Of a stretch of 64,000 bases of DNA, positions 56,563 through 64,000 are shown piece by piece. A program made the translations under genes and the position numbers. The stretch lies in the NCBI GenBank assembly GCA_951406725.2, contig OX597842.1:15252001-15316000 (forward strand), written 5' to 3'. The number at the start of each line of letters is the position of its first letter. Within the stretch, counting starts at the first letter, position 1. The notes beneath the pieces were generated by a model. The model did not search any database, was not told the DNA's origin, and was given only the letters and a program-made list of their open reading frames with translations. Source of the DNA: Octopus vulgaris (lineage: Eukaryota).

Positions 56563-57428
56563 TATACATTTATAGTCTTGATTGTCATCATCAACAGAGT
56601 AAATAACATCACCATAATTGTCATCATCATCTAACATCCATGTTCCTTTCTGGCATGGGCTGGACACGATCCAAGGACTGCACTGCGCTCAAATGTCTGC
56701 TTTGGTCTCCTAATTCCCTTCCTAACATCAAACAATTCACAGCATGGGCTCGGTGCTTTTATCATACTACCCGCTATTGAGGTTGCCATCACAATCTGCT
56801 TCAACCCCCACCCCGTCGATTCTACGGGCTTCAAACAGGATATCCACATGCTAGAAAAAGCACCCAAATCACACCCAAACTGTATTTTGGCTCATACGTA
56901 CACAATCTGTATCGAATGCCTATGGGTTATTCCTGCACAAATATGACCCTCGATTTTGCCTCCTTTTAGCTGGAAGAAAGGTTCATATCTTTAGTAAAAT
57001 TTTTGATATATGGTGTACATGCTGATTATATTGGAATTCTTTTGGAAAAAGTTTTTCCTAGAGGTGGGGAGAATTTCAAAAAATTCCAATATCGGCATTT
57101 TTTGGACGAATAAAGCTTTGATGAAATAATGAAAGAAATATGCAATCAATCTACTAATCTACTACCACACCCACCCATCCACACACATGCATATATACTC
57201 TTCACTCTGTACTGTTTTACTTGTTTTAGGGCATTCGATTGTGGCCATGCTGGAACACCGCCTTTAGGCAGGCAAATCGACCCAGGGCTTATTTTTTTGT
57301 AAGCCTATTACTTATTCAATCACCCTCATTTTCCCGAACCGGTAAGTTACGGGGTCGTAAAGACACCAGCATCGGTTGTCAAGCGATGTTGTGGGGACAA
57401 ACAGAGACACACAAACATATACACACAC

Positions 57429-57459
<31 letters not shown>

Positions 57460-57599
57460 TGTATCTATGTATGCATTCATGTAAGTATGTATGTACGTAT
57501 GTATATATGTAGGAAGGAGGAACTCTTGAGAGTCAACAGCCATCCAATAAATGTTTAATCTTTTTTTTTCTGTGTTTCTTTTTTTTCTTAATGCTTAAG

Positions 57600-60500
57600 G
57601 CTGTAACATACAGGGGACGTAGAAATAACCGGACTGAATACCCGATCGCGCGGTTAAACCATTGGGAGTGAAGGACTCCTAGTCTTTGTTAGGGCATCCT
57701 TCTAGGAGAAGGTAACTCAGGTAATTGGGATAACTCCGAAATAAAACCTGCGGCTCAGTGGTTACCGATGATGTTGATTTGTTCTTCTTTTCGGATTATG
57801 GCTTCTGTTGCTTAGTGAGTGGGATTGCCTCAGTGCACAGTCTTTCCTCACTTTGAAAATATCTTTGTGCACAGGCATTGCACGATAACAACATTGGATT
57901 TATTAAAGTGATTAACTAATTCATGATTGTTGATAGTGCTGTGAGTCTCAACTGAATGGCTGGCTGTAGCCTTAAAAAGCAAAAATCAATGATGTACCAA
58001 AACAGTATAAAAATAAATGGCAGTAAGGACTCTGGAACCACATCAGCTGAAAGAGTCTGGCCCGGCAGGGGTTCCAGAGCATCACAGCCTGAACCCGGCC
58101 GTCATCATGCTACTGTGATAGAACCAAAGAAAATAATGGATATTGGTTGTTGGAATGTACGGACACTGCTTGACCATAAGTCCTCTGAATGTCCTGAAAG
58201 AAGGACTGCGCTTGTTGCGAAGGAGCTTCAACGCTATGATCTTGACATCGTTGCTTTATCTGAGACGAGATTACCTGGAGATGTTCATCTTACAGAATCT
58301 TGTGGAAAATATACATTCTCTTGGAAAGGGAGAGATGAAAAGTTTAGAGGAGAAGCTGGAGAGGCATTTGCTGTTAAGACTACTCTTGTGGTCAAGTTGG
58401 AAGAATTCCCAATCGAAATTAACGAGCGTCTTATGTCCATGAGAATCCCTTTGGCTAAAGGAAATTATATGACATTGGTGAGTGTGTATGCTCCAACTAT
58501 GTGCTATACAGATGACGAAAAACTTTCTTTCTACCATGCTTTGAAGGGCATTATAAGAAATATCCCTCGGGCAGACAAAGTCATCGTACTGGGTGATTTT
58601 AATGCTAGAGTGGGTAGGGATTTTAATACATTGAGTGTAATTGCAAAGCATGGGGTGGGGAAGTGCAATAGTAATGGCATTCTTTTGCTGCAGATGTGTG
58701 AGGAGCTGAGTCTGTGTGTTACCAATACCATGTTTTGACCAAAGAATAAGCTTAGGACTACATGGATGCACCCTGCATCTAAAGAACGGCATATTCTGGA
58801 TTACATCCTAGTTAGGGTGCGTGACAGACAGGATGTGCAGTGTGATCGTGTTCTTCGTGGAGCTGAGTGTTGGACTGACCACCGCCTAGTACGTGCAACA
58901 GTGAAATTAGTCATAAAACATAAAATCCGAGCTGCAGGGATGACCCTTCCTAAAAGACTGAATGTTGGTATAATAGTGTGAAGAGAACTTTACGAGAGGA
59001 AATGAATGCTGCAGATATTGGGGAGGATTGGCCGAACCTTAAAAAGTCAGTTTATGATATAGGCAGGAAAGGTCTGGGATTGATACAAAGAAAGCATCAA
59101 GATTGGTTCAAAGAAAATGATGAACATATAGATGATTTATTGGCTGATAAAAGACGTACTTTGTCACGCTATTTGTCAGCAAAATCACACGATAGGGAAG
59201 TGTTGCATAGGGAACTCAAGGACGTAAAATCACGTGTGAGGCAAAGGCTCTCTCAGATGAGGGATACGTGGTGGAGAAAGAAGGCTGACGAGATACAGGC
59301 GGCATCAGATTCCAATAACACAAAGCTGTGGTATAGTCTCTTGCGAGAAGTTTATGGACCGACGTCTTCCCTGATGACACCAATTCGAAGCAGGGATGGT
59401 AAAGAAGTTCTTCGTGATTCACAAGGAATTCTGCGAAGGTGGCAAGAACACTTTGATGAACTTTTGAATCAGCAGTCTGTAGTTAGTGAGGATGTTCTCA
59501 ATCTCATCACTGGATTACCTGTGAAGGCAGCACTCGCAGAACCACCAAAGTTGGAAGAAGTTGCAATGGCTGTCTCAAGGTTGAATAATGGGAAGTCTTC
59601 GGTTATGGATGGCATACATGCGGAGTTGTTACAGCATGGTGGTGAGAAAATTTTGCAGAAACTTCACTCTTTGTTTGGTAAGGTATGGACTAGTGAATTT
59701 GTACCTGAGGACTGGAGAGATGCAGTGATGGTGGTCCTGTATAAGTGAAAGGGTAACAGGAATGATTGTGGTAATTATAGGGGAGTATCGTTGCTGTCTG
59801 CTGTAGGAAAGGTTTTATGCAGGATACTTCTGGATCGTCTGCTGAAATACATTGCAGATTGTGTTCTTGCAGAAAGTCAATCTGGGTTTCGTATGGGACG
59901 TGGCACTGCTGATATGATCTTTTCAGCTAGACAGCTTCAGGAAAAGTGTGTGGAACAGGGTCTGGATTTGTATCAGGTTTTTGTCGATCTGATAAAAGCC
60001 TTTGATACCGTCAATAGAAAAGCAATGTGGAAAGTCCTCCAGAAACTTGGGTGTCCTGAAAAGTTCCTTGCTTTGGTTAGGTCTTTTCATGAATATATGA
60101 ATGGTAGGGTGAATGTTAGAGGGAAGATGTCGGAGCCCATTTCAATACAAAATGGAGTGAAGCTGGGGAATATTCTGGCAACGACCCTATTTTCCATATA
60201 TTCGCGATGGTGTTCTGTATTGCATTCAGAAACTGCAGATACGGTGTTTACGTCCATTATCGAAACTCTGGCAGCATGTTTAGTATCAGGCGCCTTGCTG
60301 CAAAAACAAAGATATTTACCTCTGTCATAAGAGACATTTTGTATGCTGATGATTGTGAGCTGGTAGCACACACAGAGATTGATATGCAACACATTTTGAA
60401 TGCATTCTCTGATGCTTGCACTGCCTTAGGATTGACAGTCAATCTCAAGAAAACTGTTGTCATGCATCAACCTGCCCCTGGTAAGCAGTATAGTGTACCA

Positions 60501-61054
60501 AATATCTATGTGAATGGTAAACGACTTGATGTAGTCGATCAGTTTGTCTACCTGAGAAGCACTATTAATAGATATGGCAATGTGGAGAAGGATTGTGCAT
60601 GAGAGGGCAGCCACATTTGAAAAATCTCGAGTTGCACATGAGAAAGTAAGGAGGGATGTCAGGAAGGGTCTTCCTTTGATTCTGACATACAATGTCTGAG
60701 CAAGACCCTGCCTCAGTAAAGCTGGACTCATGAGTCATCTTCGTAGTCATAAAACGAGACAGATAAGTGACAACCTGGCCACCGGTGGTGTTGTAACACA
60801 CCATAATAATCATATCTGCTGGGCATGTGGAAGAGGGTGTAATTCGGCAGGAGGACTTAAACGACATGCAAAGGTACATGAAGCCCAGTTACAACTACAG
60901 CCGGCTATTACCAGTAAAGGTTTTAGTTGCCAATTTTGTACAATACATTGTAGATCTTTAGCTGGGCTAGAAAGTCACATTCGATCACAGCACCAGTAAC
61001 AGTTAAGATTCGTGCAATGGCCAAAATCGATAACGAGGACGTAGCCATAAAAAA
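57600..61054 (+). mobile_element. Near full-length RTE-type LINE (APE, RT, C-terminal zinc fingers), inactivated
   Basis: GCWNVRTL, LSETR, VYAPT, GDFNA, LDYIL, TDH (endonuclease); QSGFR, DLIKAFD, YADD (RT); CWACGRGC..GLKRH and CQFC...GLESH. Stops at 58738 and 59748, frameshifts, internal deletions. The 5' boundary is approximate. Confidence 0.93.
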
Positions 61055-61093
61055 TGTATGTATGTATGTATATATGTATGTACGTATGTATGC

Positions 61094-61195
<102 letters not shown>

Positions 61196-61345
61196 ATATA
61201 TATATATAGATATATATATATATATATCTCACCGTGATCACCGTGACCGACCTGGCTATCAGATGTTGCTACACATCGCTGGTCACAACGCGCTTCGCAT
61301 TGTTTTAGCCTCCAAATGACGCCACCCCGCTGGCTACGCGAGCAG

Positions 61346-61387
<42 letters not shown>

Positions 61388-61390
<3 letters not shown>

Positions 61391-62720
61391 TCTTACAATA
61401 CTGTCACTGGTTGCTGAAACAGCTACTCAACCACTCAAATGTTGAAGTGTTATATCTCGGCGTTGCACAGGCCGTTGATAAAGTTTTATCATGGAATGAT
61501 ATGTCACAATGCGCGTCATTTTGGCATGGTTGGAAAATTGGGAGAATGGCTTCATGAATTTCTGAAGGATAGAAATCAGGTAGCAGTAGCCAATGGGGCC
61601 ACCTCAAATGACTCGCAAATAGTGAGCACTATTTCGCAAAGCATTATTTTCGGACAACTACTGTTCATAATTGCCCTCTCAGACATGCCCTCAGCCACAC
61701 AGATAGCCACGATCACAAATTATGCAGATGATACAAAAGTTTCACATGTAATACAGAACCCTAAAGACGCCATGCACCTACAATGTGCGCTGGATGAAAT
61801 ATACCAAATGGGCCGAAAAGAATAGCATACTGTTTAATGCTGACAAATTTAAAGCTTTGTTCTATCAGCATGCAAATCTAAATGCAATACCCAGTAAATA
61901 CACTGGACCTGGAGGGATTGCAATCCCAGAGGCACAATCAGTGTGAGTCCTGGGCATTTACATGAGTAATGATGCAACCTTTCATGTGCATGTTGCTAAA
62001 TTGGCAATGGAATGTAGGCGGCTGACCGGATGCATTCTTAGAACGTTTAGAACAAGAGACCAGGAAACCATGATGGTCCTCTAGAGGACACTTGTCCTAA
62101 CCCACTTTGACAATTTCTCTCAGCTATGGTCACCAACCAGTGTCAAATTAATCGCAGAACGTGAGACAATACAACGAAGCTACACGAAGAAGATAGCCTC
62201 TATGCAGTATATAAACTATTGGAAAAGACTCAAGAGATTAAGACTCTATTCTGTAGAGCGTAGGCGAGAAAGATATGCCATAATATACATCTGGAAGATC
62301 CTGGAAAGACTTGTCAAAAGCTTTGGCATCCAGAGTTACACAAATACTAGAACTGGGCGCCACTGCATAGTGTCAATGACTCCAAACTTGCCATCAATAT
62401 GTAGGAAAATATACTGCAGTAGCCTGGGCTTTAGAGATCCGCAGCTCTTCAATATCCTCCCGATGGACCTGAGACACCTGCATGGGGTGGATGCAGGTGT
62501 CTTCAAAATAATGCTGGACCTCTTCCTGTCAGATGTCCCAGATGAACCAACTTCACGGCAATAGGTGCAGATGAGTGCAGCTGCATCGAACTCTCTCATG
62601 CACCAAATGCCAATTGCTACAAAGCATTCGTGAAGTAGAATTATGTAGCAACACCAAATGTCAGAGCCCCAGCATGACCACATCTCCTGAGCTGAAACTA
62701 GATGAAATAAATAAAAAAAA
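61388..62720 (+). mobile_element. LINE family A, most complete copy including its 3' end
   Basis: YADDTK, YSVERRRER, FKIMLDLFLSDVPDEP; stop at 62564 followed by a 3' UTR. Confidence 0.9.
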
Positions 62721-63104
62721 TTACACATATAATCACATACAAAACAATTCTAAATTGCTTATAATCACGTTCATCATTTCCTTGATTGTCATCATCAACA
62801 GAGTACTTAACATCATCATCATTGTCATCATTATCTAACATCCATGTTCCTTTCTGGCTTGGACTGGACAGAATCCAATGACTGCACTGCGCTCAAATGT
62901 CTGTTTTGGTCTCCTATTTCTGGTTAGATGCCCTTCATAACATCAAGCACTTTACAGCATGGGCTCAGTGCTTTTTATCATACTACCCGACTATTGAGGT
63001 TGCCATGCAGGTCGCAGAACTACAAATCCTCTGGGGTGGGGTCAGTTTCAGGCTAGTGGATAAGGGAATGATCTAAGAGAAGGAATTAGGGATTTGCATA
63101 TTTT

Positions 63105-63405
63105 TGATCCTCTTTTGTAATTAATGACCAGGAGACTGCACCTAGTGTTTATGGATGACCGGGAGTCACCCATGCATAACAGAGTACCGTCTCCATGCCA
63201 ACAATGTTATCCAATGGCAAGACAAGGACAGATACAGCTTCGGCGCAGTGATGCCACAACTCATTTCAACAGCTGAGTGGACTGGAGTAACGTGAAATAA
63301 AGTGTCTTGCTCAATAACTTCAAAACACAGCCCGTTCCATGAATCGAACTCACTATCTCCTGATTGTGATCCTGTCGATGTTACGATTGACCCATGTACT
63401 TTCAC
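63105..63405 (-). mobile_element. tRNA-derived SINE (~335 bp family, internal deletion)
   Basis: Same body and flank, inverted. Confidence 0.75.
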
Positions 63406-64000
63406 TCAGCGGAAGGAGAGTGAAAGAGAAAACGAAGAGTAGAAACTACAAGAGATAGATGATGGTAACGAAGTGACTAGTTGAGGCCATGAGGTAAATT
63501 GCAAAGCATTCGATACAGAGTCTGTAATTATGTGCCAAAAATAGTTTGCGCGAGATATGGCTTCTATTTCTAGCATGTAGATAGCCTGGTTGAAAACGGT
63601 AGAATCGGGAGGTGAGGTTTATTTTGTTGCTTTAGAATAAATGGCATTTTACAAACAATGACTTTTTTTAGAATCATTATCTCCAAAGAGATAAAAATGA
63701 GAAGTTGGAGTAATGCTGTAATAAGATCTATAGAACATCCTTACATCGAAGGTTTTAGCAGTTTGCTCTTTACCTTGGATTTCTTTCATCCATTGGATTG
63801 TGGCCATGCTGTAGCACTGCCTTCAAGAGTTTCTGACGGGTTAACTGGATCTGTTTATTTATTTATTTGTAATCTGTTCTTATTATTCCGTCCTGTATCG
63901 CTGAACGTTGCTTTATAGAGACATAAACAAAGCAACACCGCGAAAGGCAGCGATCGTAGGATTAGGACACCCATAAACATGAAGACTCAAACATACACAC

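Noticed and set aside
60730-60999. Stand-alone C2H2 zinc-finger gene
   Set aside because: It is contiguous with the RTE ORF C-terminus and is followed directly by the element's 3' tail.

Overview
Eukaryotic, gene-free, repeat-saturated DNA. The tRNA-derived SINEs and the (TA)n/(GATA)n/(CA)n/(TACA)n load match my recollection of Octopus repeats; the taxon is inferred, not verified. No intact host gene is visible, and nearly all listed ORFs are microsatellite read-through or decayed retroelement pieces. Retroelements present are two CR1/L2-group LINEs, an RTE-type LINE (one near full-length copy and three deleted copies), an L1/Tx1-type LINE (endonuclease and C-terminal fragments), a Penelope-like RT fragment and several SINE families. 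The architecture is a mosaic of one small set of ancestral insertions amplified by segmental duplication. Region 1-12,660 recurs directly at 27,893-40,992. A fold-back junction at about 40,992 creates a palindrome with about 8 kb arms and a 304 bp spacer, and older nested inverted pairs also exist. The most interesting signals are two small non-coding insertions in (TA)n tracts that carry hammerhead-ribozyme cores. One is a retrozyme-like element at 20,773-21,514 (562 bp period, 38 bp terminal direct repeat, 125 bp fold-back arm). The other is a 60 bp-stem palindrome at 29,737-29,858. Both are absent from paralogous copies of their sites. Coordinates of decayed repeats are approximate, read by eye.
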